DNA of 64,000 nt from NCBI GenBank assembly GCA_021300535.1, contig JAJTED010000007.1, positions 5,963-69,962 on the forward strand, given 5' to 3'. Both the position numbers and the translations under genes were made by a program. The notes under the pieces are model-generated. The model was not told the DNA's origin, ran no database searches, and saw only the letters and a list, made by a program, of their open reading frames with translations. Positions 7,991 through 16,928 of this stretch are shown one piece after another (position 1 is the stretch's first letter; every line of letters begins with the position of its first letter). This DNA is from Planctomycetaceae bacterium. Lineage in GTDB: Bacteria > Planctomycetota > Planctomycetia > Pirellulales > UBA1268.

Positions 7991-10131
7991 TGCGGCCGGC
8001 GTCGGTCTGGTTGCTGCGGCTGCTCCCGGCGCTGCTCCTCCCCGTGTCGCTCGGCCGGCCGGCGCCGGCCGCGGAGCCGAGGCCGGCCGACTCCGCCGTG
8101 ACCGTGGGGTTCGACGGCGGCTATCGCACCAACGCCTGGACGCCGGTGACCGTGGCGGGTGATGGCATCGCGCCGGGCGACGTGCTCCATGTGTGGGCCG
8201 AGGATCCCGATGGCCAGTTCGTCCGCTCGCCGCCCGGCGTGGCCGCTGCCGGCGCCGACGGCCGCCCGGCGGCGCGGTTCACGGTGCGGTTTGGAAGGCC
8301 GACGGGCCGACTCCGCATCGAGCGGGCCGGGGCGGCCGGTGCCGCGATCGTCGAACGCCGGCTGCCCGAGCCGTTGCCCTCGACGGCGCGGATCGTGCTC
8401 TGCGCGGGCGACCTGCCGGCGATCGACGAGGCCGCGCGGATCATCGCCCGCGAGGGCGAACCGGTCCCGCGGGTGCTGCCGCTCACCGCGGGCCGCACGG
8501 CCGCCGGTGCCGCGGCCCGCGACTACGACGCCGTCGAGGCGATCGTCGTCTGCGGCCGCGCCGTGGCAGATCTTCCCGCAGACGTCATGCAGGGCATCGA
8601 TGCCTGGGTGCGATGCGGCGGCCGGCTCGTCCTGGTGGCCGGCGGCTCGGCGGAAGGGCTGCCGCCGACCGCCGCCGGCTGGCTGCCGGCGGCCTGCAAC
8701 CGAACCGTGACCCTGCGTCGGCTCGGCGGCCTCGAGACCCACGCCCGCGCCGGACGGCTGCCGCCCCGCGCGGCGGCCGGCGTGCGGGTGCCGGTGTTCT
8801 CAGCCGCCGGTCCGCTGCCCGGCGTCGTCGACGTGACGGAGGGGTCGGGCGGCTCCGGCACGCCGCTGGTCGTGCGGCGGTGTCACGGCCTGGGCACGAT
8901 CGCCTGGCTCGGCGTCGACATCGACGAGGAGCCATTTCGCGACTGGCCGGGCAGCGGCACGCTCCTGGCGAACCTGCTCGGTGGCCGCCCCGAGCCGCTC
9001 GATGGCGAGGGCGCGGCCGCGGGGTCTGGCCGCGACACGGATCTGGCGATGCAGCTGCGGACGGCAATCGAGCGGTTCGTGGCCACCGCGGCGTCGCCTG
9101 CCGTGACGCCGGTGCCGTTCGAGGTCGTCGCGGCGATCGGGCTGCTCTATGTGCTCTGCCTGTACCCGCTCGACTGGTGGTTCGTGTCGCGGGCCGGCGG
9201 CCGGCCCTGGGTGGCGTGGAGTTCGTTGGCGGTGCTCGTCACGGCCTTCACCGCGGTCGCCTGGGGCGTGCATGCCGCCCGCCAGCCGCGGTCCGCGCCG
9301 GGGGGCCGGACGTGCACCGTGACGGAAGTCGTGGACATCGACGCCGTCGGCGGTGGCGTGCGCGGCAGCGGCTGGGCGGCCGTCTACTCGGCCGTCAACG
9401 ACCGGCTCGACGTGGGCCTCGAGGTCGAGCCGGCCGCCGAGCGGGCGGTGAGCTGGTGGGGGGACGCCGGCCGCGGCTTCGCCGCAGTCGATGCGGCGAT
9501 GCCGCACCCGGCGTTGGCCGCCGCCGACTACGCCTATGCGGGGTCGCTGGCGGCGCTCGCGGGCGTGCCGATCGCGGCGGCGTCGAGCCGCGTGTTCGAG
9601 GCGGAGTGGCATGCCCAGCGGTCGCAGGCCGCGGTCACGGCCGACCTCGTCGCCGCGGCGCAGGGCACGCTGCGCGGCACGCTCGCCCACCATTTGCCGA
9701 TGACGCTGGAGGACTGCCGGCTCGTGCATGGCGGCTGGCTGTACGACGTGGGCCGGCTGGAGCCCGGGCAGCGGTACGACACGGCGGGAGGCCGCGGGCC
9801 GCGGTCGCTGGCCGCGGCGCTCACCCGCCGGTCGGCCGTCAAGGAGCGGGACGTCGCGGCCCGCTGGAATCCCGCCGCGGCCGACGCGGAGCGGATCCTG
9901 GAGGTCGCGGGCTTTCACGCCGCGGCCGGGGGCGCGGCCTACACACGCGGCGGCGGCGGCCGGCTCGCGCGGCTCGACCTCACGCCGCTGGTGCGGCTCG
10001 ATCGCGCGGTGCTCGTCGGGGTCGCGGCCCGGGGGCAGGCGGCCTGGTCGTTCACGGGGGGGCAGGCGCCGGCTCGGGGCCTGTATCGTATCGTGATCCC
10101 GGTGGCTCCGGCCGCCGCCACGGAACGGTGA
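7990..10131 (+). CDS. Hypothetical envelope protein (signal peptide, two central TM helices)
   Basis: 713 aa from the internal ATG of ORF 7774-10131. Signal-like N-terminus 'MRPASVWLLRLLPALLLPVSLG'. Central hydrophobic pair 'AIGLLYVLCLYPLDWWF' and 'WSSLAVLVTAFTAVAWGV'. No motif I can assign. Coding is supported by length, frame consistency and coupling to its neighbours. Confidence 0.7.
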   Translation: MRPASVWLLRLLPALLLPVSLGRPAPAAEPRPADSAVTVGFDGGYRTNAWTPVTVAGDGIAPGDVLHVWAEDPDGQFVRSPPGVAAAGADGRPAARFTVRFGRPTGRLRIERAGAAGAAIVERRLPEPLPSTARIVLCAGDLPAIDEAARIIAREGEPVPRVLPLTAGRTAAGAAARDYDAVEAIVVCGRAVADLPADVMQGIDAWVRCGGRLVLVAGGSAEGLPPTAAGWLPAACNRTVTLRRLGGLETHARAGRLPPRAAAGVRVPVFSAAGPLPGVVDVTEGSGGSGTPLVVRRCHGLGTIAWLGVDIDEEPFRDWPGSGTLLANLLGGRPEPLDGEGAAAGSGRDTDLAMQLRTAIERFVATAASPAVTPVPFEVVAAIGLLYVLCLYPLDWWFVSRAGGRPWVAWSSLAVLVTAFTAVAWGVHAARQPRSAPGGRTCTVTEVVDIDAVGGGVRGSGWAAVYSAVNDRLDVGLEVEPAAERAVSWWGDAGRGFAAVDAAMPHPALAAADYAYAGSLAALAGVPIAAASSRVFEAEWHAQRSQAAVTADLVAAAQGTLRGTLAHHLPMTLEDCRLVHGGWLYDVGRLEPGQRYDTAGGRGPRSLAAALTRRSAVKERDVAARWNPAAADAERILEVAGFHAAAGGAAYTRGGGGRLARLDLTPLVRLDRAVLVGVAARGQAAWSFTGGQAPARGLYRIVIPVAPAAATER

Positions 10132-10138
10132 CAACGGC

Positions 10139-11080
10139 ATGATCGAGACCATCGACCTGACCAAGAAGTACGGCGACTTCTCCGCGCTGGAGTCGCTCGA
10201 CCTGCGGCTCGCGCAGGGCGACCTGTTCGGCTTCATCGGCCCCAACGGCGCCGGCAAGACGACGACGATCCGCATCCTCTCCACGCTCCTGGCCCCGACC
10301 TGGGGCGAGGCCTATGTCTGCGGCCACTCCATCTACACCCACCCGCGCGAGATCCGTCGCGCCATCGGCTACATGCCCGACATCTTCGGCGTGTACGACG
10401 ACATGCGGGTCATCGAGTACCTGGAGTTCTTCGCCGCCGCCTACCGGATCGCGGGGCCCGCGCGGCGGCAGGTGGCGGAGCGGTCGCTGGAACTGGTCGA
10501 CCTCGTGGCCAAACGCGACGAGCTCGTCACGAGCCTGTCCCGCGGCATGACCCAGCGGCTGGGCCTGGCGCGGGTGCTGCTCCACGATCCGCAGGTGCTC
10601 CTCCTCGACGAGCCGGCCAGCGGCCTCGATCCGCGGGCCCGGATCGAGATGCGGAACCTGCTCAAGCGGCTCCAGGGCATGGGGAAGACGATCCTGGTCT
10701 CCAGCCACATCCTTCCGGAGCTGGCCGACATCTGCAATCGCGTGGGCATCATCGAATACGGCCGGCTCTTGGCCTGCGGGAACGTGCAGGATCTGCTCGC
10801 CCAGGTCCGCGGCCGGCCCACGCTTCGCATCCAGGTCGCGGGATCGCCCGCGGCGGCGGCCCGGTCGCTGGAGCGGTGCCCCGAGGTCGCGGCCGTGACG
10901 GTCCGTGACGGCGAACTTGTGGTCGCCATCGCCGACGGCGTGGTCGACCGGTCGCCGATCGCCGCCCGCCTGGTGGCCGACGGCCATGGCCTGGTTTCGC
11001 TGCGGGAGCAGGAAGTGAACTTGGAGACCGCGTTTCTGGAACTCACCCGGGGCTCGCTGGCCAGGCCGGCGGACGGGTAG
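10139..11080 (+). CDS. ABC transporter ATP-binding protein (ABC-2 type)
   Basis: Walker A 'GPNGAGKTT', signature 'LSRGMTQRL', Walker B 'LLLDEPASGLD', H-loop 'VSSH'. 313 aa including a C-terminal accessory domain. Confidence 0.92.
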   Translation: MIETIDLTKKYGDFSALESLDLRLAQGDLFGFIGPNGAGKTTTIRILSTLLAPTWGEAYVCGHSIYTHPREIRRAIGYMPDIFGVYDDMRVIEYLEFFAAAYRIAGPARRQVAERSLELVDLVAKRDELVTSLSRGMTQRLGLARVLLHDPQVLLLDEPASGLDPRARIEMRNLLKRLQGMGKTILVSSHILPELADICNRVGIIEYGRLLACGNVQDLLAQVRGRPTLRIQVAGSPAAAARSLERCPEVAAVTVRDGELVVAIADGVVDRSPIAARLVADGHGLVSLREQEVNLETAFLELTRGSLARPADG

Positions 11081-11138
11081 TCTTGACGGCCTGGGCCGGC
11101 GTGGACCGGCCCGATCTTCGTCCCGGAGGAACCAACGC

Positions 11139-11897
11139 ATGCGAATCGACCGCGTGGTGTGCGGATGTTGCGTCATGGCAGCGTGCCTGATGGCGGCGCG
11201 TGGCCCGGCCCAGGGCCCGGAACCGCTCGCCCCGCCCGCGGCCGCCGCCGCGTCGCCGGCCGACATGGGCTACGCGCTCGGCTATCGGATCGGCGAGCAG
11301 ATCGCCGCCGAGCATCGCGAGATGGGCACGCCGATCGATCATGCGGCACTGGCCCGCGGGCTGACCGACGCGGTGACGGCCGCGAAGCCGCGGCTCGACG
11401 AGGGGGGCTTTCGCCGGGCCCTCGCGGCGCTCGAGGCCGCGATGCAGCAGAAGCAGCGGGAGTTCGCCGACCGGATGCGGGCCGCCGCGCAGACGAACCT
11501 GCAGAAGGGGACGAAGTTTCTCGCGGACAACGCCGCCCGCAAGGGAGTGACCGCGCTGCCCAGCGGCTTGCAGTATGAGGTGCTCGTGGACGGAGCCGGC
11601 CCCAAGCCCGCGGCCGACCATGTCGTCGTGGCCCACTACCGCGGCACGCACATCGACGGCAGCGAGTTCGACGGCACCGATCCGCAGGGCGACCCGGCCT
11701 CGTTTCCGCTCCGCGGTGTGGTGCCGGGCTGGCAGGAGGCGCTGCCGCTGATGAAGGCCGGCTCGAAATGGCGGATCTATCTGCCGCCGGCCCTCGGGTA
11801 TGGCGAGCAGGGGTCGCCACCGGCGATCGAGCCGAACGAGGTGCTGGTGTTCGAGATCGAGCTGATCAGCAGTCGCCCCGCCGGCGCGGGCCGCTGA
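11139..11897 (+). CDS. FKBP-type peptidyl-prolyl cis-trans isomerase (FkpA-like, secreted)
   Basis: Signal-like N-terminus, helical FKBP_N-like region, and a C-terminal FKBP domain: 'GLQYEVLVDGAGPKP...VVAHYRGTHIDGSEFD' and 'VVPGWQEALPLMKAGSKWRIYLPPALGYG'. Confidence 0.9.
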   Translation: MRIDRVVCGCCVMAACLMAARGPAQGPEPLAPPAAAAASPADMGYALGYRIGEQIAAEHREMGTPIDHAALARGLTDAVTAAKPRLDEGGFRRALAALEAAMQQKQREFADRMRAAAQTNLQKGTKFLADNAARKGVTALPSGLQYEVLVDGAGPKPAADHVVVAHYRGTHIDGSEFDGTDPQGDPASFPLRGVVPGWQEALPLMKAGSKWRIYLPPALGYGEQGSPPAIEPNEVLVFEIELISSRPAGAGR

Positions 11898-11922
11898 GCA
11901 CTGGGGCGGCGCGGCCGGGGGC

Positions 11923-13212
11923 ATGACCGTGAGTCGCTGCGGGATTTCCGTCGGTCTGGTCCGGGCCGGCCCCGTCTCCGGACGCCTGCGGGTGGACGTC
12001 CTGCGGGTTTCGTCGGCCGTCGCCCTCGTGGCGGCGGCATGTGCCGCGATCGCCGCCGCGCCGCCGGCCGACCGGTACGCGGCCGCCCGCGAGCGAATGG
12101 TCCGCGACGAAATCGCCGCCGGCGGCGTCGTCGATCCCCGGGTGCTCGAGGCGATGCGGCTCACGCCCCGGCACGAGTTCGTGCCGGCCGGGCAAAGGCA
12201 CCTCGCCTACTTCGACATGGCCCTCCCGATCGGCGCCGCCCAGACGATCTCCGGGCCGTTCGTGGTCGCCTCGATGACGGAGCAGCTGGCGCCGAGGCCG
12301 ACCGACCGCGTGCTGGAGATCGGCACGGGAAGCGGATATCAGGCGGCGGTGCTGGCGCCGCTGGTGGGGATGGTGTATTCGATCGAGATTCACGAGTCGC
12401 TCGGGGAGCGGGCCGCCCGCACGCTCGCCCGGCTCGGCTATCGCAATGTGGTCACCAAGATCGGCGACGGCTTCCGCGGCTGGCCCGAGCATGCGCCGTT
12501 CGACAAGATCATCGTCACCTGCTCGCCGGAGAACGTGCCGCAGCCGCTGGTGGATCAACTGGCCGAGGGGGGGCGGATGGTGATCCCGCTCGGCGAGCGG
12601 TTCGAGCAGACGCTCGTCCTGCTCACGAAGCGGCAGGGCAAGCTGACCCGCGAGGCCCTGGCGTCCACGCTCTTCGTGCCGATGACGGGCCAGGCGGAGG
12701 ACGAGCGACAGGTGAAGCCCGACGGTGGCCGGCCCGCGGTTCGCAATGGCGGCTTCGAGGCCGCGCTGCCCGATTCGCAGCAGCCGGCGGCCTGGTACTA
12801 CGGCCGCCAGATGGAAGTCGTCGCCGAGGCCGCCGTGCCGGAGGGAACGCGGTTCCTGAGGCTGGCGAACGCGCAGCCGGGCCGGCCGGCACAGGTGTTT
12901 CAAGGGTTTCCGGTGGATGGCTCGCGGGTCGGGAGGTTGCGGATCGAGGCCTGGCTGCGCGGCGACCGGCTGCAGGCAGGCGCGGCGGCCGCGGAACTCC
13001 CCGGGATCGCGGTGCGGTTTCAGGACGAGACGCGGTCCCGGTCAAGCACTGCCCGGATCGGACCCTGGGAAGGGACGTTCGCCTGGCGTCCGGTGGACGG
13101 GGTCGTGCTCGTGCCGCCCTGGGCCCGCGAGGCCATTCTCCAGGTGGGGATGATGGGGGGCACGGGCCGCCTCGACGTGGATGACGTGCGGATTACCGGG
13201 CTGGAGAAATAA
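11923..13212 (+). CDS. pcm: Protein-L-isoaspartate O-methyltransferase fused to a C-terminal jelly-roll (CBM4_9-like) domain
   Basis: PCMT core with the SAM motif 'VLEIGTGSGYQAAVLA', plus 'ISGPFVVASM' and 'LAEGGRMVIPLG'. N-terminal hydrophobic segment 'VSSAVALVAAACAAIAAA'. An extra ~155 aa (12745-13209) begins 'NGGFEAALP...W'. Confidence 0.85.
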   Translation: MTVSRCGISVGLVRAGPVSGRLRVDVLRVSSAVALVAAACAAIAAAPPADRYAAARERMVRDEIAAGGVVDPRVLEAMRLTPRHEFVPAGQRHLAYFDMALPIGAAQTISGPFVVASMTEQLAPRPTDRVLEIGTGSGYQAAVLAPLVGMVYSIEIHESLGERAARTLARLGYRNVVTKIGDGFRGWPEHAPFDKIIVTCSPENVPQPLVDQLAEGGRMVIPLGERFEQTLVLLTKRQGKLTREALASTLFVPMTGQAEDERQVKPDGGRPAVRNGGFEAALPDSQQPAAWYYGRQMEVVAEAAVPEGTRFLRLANAQPGRPAQVFQGFPVDGSRVGRLRIEAWLRGDRLQAGAAAAELPGIAVRFQDETRSRSSTARIGPWEGTFAWRPVDGVVLVPPWAREAILQVGMMGGTGRLDVDDVRITGLEK

Positions 13213-13416
13213 CCGCTTCCGGCGGGCGAACGGGGCTTTTTCAGGGAAAAACGCCTGGTTTTTGCGGCGCATCGAGGTGGCGCACCAGGGGCCGCAAGGT
13301 TTCTCCAGGCTGCTTGATTTACGCAATCGGCAAACTATCTTTGCCCTGTCGAGCGTCCCTCCCCCCTGAAATTGGTTCGGGGTCGGCGACGTCCGCAGCG
13401 GGAAAATCCACGGAGA

Positions 13417-14583
13417 ATGATCGCAATGTTGGCGCAGCGTCGCTGGATGAGAATGGCTGGAGTCGTCACGTTCGTCGCCGTCGCCGCAGCGACCTGTGAC
13501 GTGCAGGCCGGATGGCATCATCGCTATCGCGGCTACGGTTCGTCGGGTGGTTCTTCCGGTGGTTCCTCGGGCGGTTCGTCCGGCGGCTCCTCAGGCGGCT
13601 CCTCAGGCGGTTCGTCCGGGGGCAGCTACAGCTCGTATGGCGGCGGCTCGTCCGGCGGCAGCTACGGTTCGTACGGCTCCTACGGCTCGCATGGCAGCTG
13701 GGGTTCGCATCACGCCTACAAGCGGGCCATGCGCGCCTATCGTCACGGCTCCTCGGGCGGTTCCTCCGGCGGTTCCTCCGGCGGCAGCTCGGGTGGCTCG
13801 GCGGGGTACAGCTACGGTTCTGCGGGCGGGTCGTCCGGTGGTTCATCGGGTGGTTCGTACGGTGGCTCGTCCGGCGGTAGTTCGGGCGGCTCGTACGGCG
13901 GTTACGCCGCGCCGGCCTACTCGGCTGGCTACTCGTCCGGGATGCCGATCGAGTCGTATCGCGTGATCGGTGAGACGCCCTCGATGCCGGGCGGCGAGAT
14001 CATCGGCGCGCCCGTTCCGGCCGCGACCGATTCGACCCGCGTCGAGACGGTGCCGGCCGACGGTGCCCTGCTGGTCGTCGAGGTGCCCGCCGCCGCGAAG
14101 CTCTTCGTGAACGGCGCCGCGACCTCGTCGCAGGGGGCGGTGCGGCGGTTCCTGTCGCGCGGCCTCGTGGCCGGCAAGCAGTATGAGTTCGTCGTTCGCA
14201 TGGCGATCGATCGAGACGGCACCACGGCGGAGGAGACGAAGGTCGTCTCGCTCACCGCCGGCGGCCGCTCGCAGGTCGCCTTCTCGACGGCGGCTGCGGC
14301 CCCGGCGAAGACCAGCCTCACGCTGCACGTCCCCGCCGACGCCAAGGTCTGGCTGGCCGGCAGCGCGACGGCCTCGACGGGCGTCGTGCGGCAGTTCGAG
14401 ACCTCGAACCTGAAGGCCGGGCAGACCTGGCGGAACTACGAGATCCGCGTCGCGACCGTCGTCGACGGCCGCGAGCAGACGGTGTCGAAGGTGATCGACC
14501 TCGCCGCCGGCCAGGCGGTGGAGCTCACGCTCGACCCGGCCACGCGGACGGCTGCGGCGGACGCCACCGCCAGCCTCCGCTGA
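13417..14583 (+). CDS. Secreted Gly/Ser-rich protein with two TIGR03000-type (Planctomycetes-specific) domains
   Basis: Signal peptide 'MAGVVTFVAVAAATCDVQA', then a (GGSS)n/GSY low-complexity region. Two repeats follow: 'LLVVEVPAAAKLFVNGAATSSQGAVRRFLSRGLVAGKQYEF..' and 'LTLHVPADAKVWLAGSATASTGVVRQFETSNLKAGQTWRNYEI..'. The start could be 13417, 13426 or a later Met. Upstream lies a TTGATT-N16-TATCTT promoter-like pair (13314-13341). Confidence 0.85.
   Translation: MIAMLAQRRWMRMAGVVTFVAVAAATCDVQAGWHHRYRGYGSSGGSSGGSSGGSSGGSSGGSSGGSSGGSYSSYGGGSSGGSYGSYGSYGSHGSWGSHHAYKRAMRAYRHGSSGGSSGGSSGGSSGGSAGYSYGSAGGSSGGSSGGSYGGSSGGSSGGSYGGYAAPAYSAGYSSGMPIESYRVIGETPSMPGGEIIGAPVPAATDSTRVETVPADGALLVVEVPAAAKLFVNGAATSSQGAVRRFLSRGLVAGKQYEFVVRMAIDRDGTTAEETKVVSLTAGGRSQVAFSTAAAAPAKTSLTLHVPADAKVWLAGSATASTGVVRQFETSNLKAGQTWRNYEIRVATVVDGREQTVSKVIDLAAGQAVELTLDPATRTAAADATASLR
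13531..13940 (+). repeat. Coding low-complexity tandem repeat (12-nt GGC GGY TCS TCS periodicity) encoding (GGSS)n / GSY tracts
   Basis: Direct reading of 13531-13940: repeated 'ggtggttc(c/g)tc(c/g)ggcgg(c/t)tc..' blocks in two sub-arrays separated by 'HHAYKRAMRAYRH'. Confidence 0.85.
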
Positions 14584-14694
14584 TCTTCCCGGAGCGGCTG
14601 ATTTCCTGACGCACGCGCTCCCGCGTGGCCCCGTGCCGCGCGGGAGCGTCGCGTTTCCGGGGCGGGGTTCGGGTACCATGGGGCCGGCCGTGCC

Positions 14695-16375
14695 ATGGCA
14701 TACCGATCCCTCAAGAACATCCTCGGCGAGACCAGCCTGGAGCGGAAGTGCCGCTTCCTGTTCGGGCTCTGCCTGTTCGTGCTCATCGCCGGCAGTTTCT
14801 GGTGGTATGGCAGCCGGACCGAGCAGCTGGTCTACGCGACCACGCGGAACACCGGTCGCCAACTGGTGGATGCCTACATGCTCCAGTACCACTGGCAGAA
14901 GCTGGAGCCCGAGCAGAAGTACACCGACCTCATCAAGCGGCTGGCCAGCGACCTGGGCAATCCCACCTTCGACTCTTCCCAGCTGTTGCGTCCCGATGCG
15001 ACGGCGGCCGAAAGGGCCACGTACCGGAGGCTCGACCTCGCGGTGCTCGACTACTTCCGGGCCCGGCCGGCGGCTTCCGCCGCCGCGTCCGCCGGCAGCG
15101 GTCCCGTGGGCTTCGGCGGCGACGCCGGCGAGTATCGCGAGTTCCGCACCGAGGACAATTCCGAATACCACTATTACCAGCCGATTCGGGCCAAGCAGAA
15201 CTGCCTCGTCTGCCACGTGGCCCGGAGTGGCGCGGTGGGGGCGGCGGCCGAGGCGGGCGGGCAGCGGCTCGCCCCTCAACCGGGCGATCCTCCTGGCGAC
15301 GGCGATCATGACCGTGTTCCTCGCCATGCTCGCGGCCTACGCGATCGTCCGGTACGTGATCGTCAAGCCGCTCGAGCACCTCCGCGACGTGAGCGACGAG
15401 ATCCGCCGCGGCAACGTCCAGGCGCGGGCCGAAATCCACACCGCCGACGAGTTCGAGGAGCTCGGCGTGGCCTTCAACCGCATGCTCCGCGGCCTGATCG
15501 ACTCCCAGGAGGAGCTCCGCAAGACGAATGCCACGCTCGACGAGAAGGTGGACGAACTGGCCCAGGCCAACCTCAACCTCTACGAGATGAACCGGCTCAA
15601 GGGAGACTTCCTCGCCACCATGAGCCACGAGCTGCGGACCCCGCTCAACAGCATCATCGGCTTCTCCGACGTGCTCGGCTCGATCCAGTCGCTCGACGAC
15701 AAGCAGCGCCGCTACGTGGAGAACATTCGCACCTCCGGGCGGATGCTCCTGGAGATGATCAACGACATCCTCGACCTTGCCAAGATCGAGGCCGGCAAGA
15801 TGGATGTCCGGCCGGCCCCGTTCCGGGTCGAGACGGTCGTCTCGGCCCAGTGCGACATGGCGCGGCCGCTCGCCGAGCGGAAGCGGATCGACTTGTCGTA
15901 CGACGTAGGGCCCGGGCTCGACGCCGTCGAACAGGATCAGGCCAAGGTGCAGCAGATCCTCGCGAATCTGCTGTCCAATGCCGTGAAGTTCACGCCCGAA
16001 GGCGGGCAGGTGGAGGTCGTGGCCCGGCTCGACGGGCCGGGCGACGAGCCGGCGGCCGACTTCGTGCTCGAGGTGCTCGACACGGGCGTCGGGATCGCGG
16101 AGGAGGAGCAGCAGACGATCTTCGAGAAGTTCCGGCAGGGCCGCGTGTTCCAGCAGGGGGACGATGCCATGACTCGGGAGTACTCCGGCACCGGCCTCGG
16201 GCTCTCGATCGTCCGCGAGCTCTGCCGCCTGCTCGGCGGGGATGTGGCCGTGGAGAGTCAGCTCGGCCGCGGCAGCCGGTTCACCGTCCACCTGCCGCTG
16301 CGGCTCGCCCGCGCGGACGAGGGAGGGAGCGGCGGGTCAGCACCGGCCGCTGTGGCGGCCCGGGCGGCAGGCTGA
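14695..16375 (+). pseudogene. Sensor histidine kinase (heme-c CXXCH sensor domain, HAMP, HisKA, HATPase_c) interrupted by a frameshift
   Basis: The N-terminal 174+ aa are in the frame of ORF 14695: a TM helix 'FLFGLCLFVLIAGSFWW', 'YHYYQPIRAKQNCLVCH', and CXXCH at 15202-15216. The rest is in the frame of ORF 14633: TM2 'LNRAILLATAIMTVFLAMLAAYAIV', a HAMP domain, H-box 'SHELRTPLNSI', N-box 'NLLSNAVKFTPEGG', 'DTGVGI' and 'GTGLGLSIV'. The frame switch lies between 15217 and 15275. Confidence 0.8.
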
Positions 16376-16408
16376 CGGGATATGGCCTCACGACCAGAGA
16401 GTGGCGCG

Positions 16409-16885
16409 ATGTCGGGAGACAAGAAACAGGCGGAAGTCGTGCTCTTCACCGACGGGGCCTGCAGCGGCAATCCCGGCCCGGGCGGCTGGGCGTTCATCCT
16501 CCGTCATCCCGGCACCGGCCGCGAGGTGCAGGACTCCGGCGCCGAGGCCGAGACCACCAACAACCGCATGGAGCTGACCGCGGTGGTGCATGGCCTCAGG
16601 CAGCTCAAGCGGCCCGCCGTGGTCGAGCTCGTCACCGACAGCGTGTACGTGGGCACGGGCCTGGCGGAGTGGCTTCCCCGCTGGAAACAGCAGGGCTGGC
16701 GGCGCAAGGAGAAGGGCCGCCTCGTGCCGATCAAGAACGAGGACCTGTGGCGGGAGCTCGACCGGCTGGCGACGGCCCACACGATCCGCTTCTCCCACGT
16801 CGCCGGCCATTCCGGCCATCCGGAGAACGAGGCCTGCGACCGCATGGCCGTGGCGGCCTACAAGCGGCTGCAGGGGCGGGCGTAG
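16409..16885 (+). CDS. rnhA: Ribonuclease HI
   Basis: 'LFTDGACSGNPGPGGWAF', 'TNNRMELTAV', 'LVTDSVYV' and 'VAGHSGHPENEACDRMA' carry the DEDD catalytic residues. The start may instead be 16382. Confidence 0.93.
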   Translation: MSGDKKQAEVVLFTDGACSGNPGPGGWAFILRHPGTGREVQDSGAEAETTNNRMELTAVVHGLRQLKRPAVVELVTDSVYVGTGLAEWLPRWKQQGWRRKEKGRLVPIKNEDLWRELDRLATAHTIRFSHVAGHSGHPENEACDRMAVAAYKRLQGRA

Positions 16886-16928
16886 GGGGGCGTCGGGGTT
16901 TGCGAGTGGGGTGGCTCGCGTGAGTCCC

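Noticed and set aside
13531-13940. 12-nt tandem DNA repeat as a non-coding VNTR/minisatellite
   Set aside because: It is in frame within a signal-peptide-bearing ORF that continues into two well-formed TIGR03000-type domains, so it is treated as a coding low-complexity tract.
14695-16923. 742-aa ORF suggesting the kinase N-terminus continues to 16923
   Set aside because: After ~15275 its translation is Arg/Gly/Pro junk and runs out of frame through the rnhA gene. All kinase motifs lie in the other frame (ORF 14633-16375). It is better explained as a frameshifted kinase.
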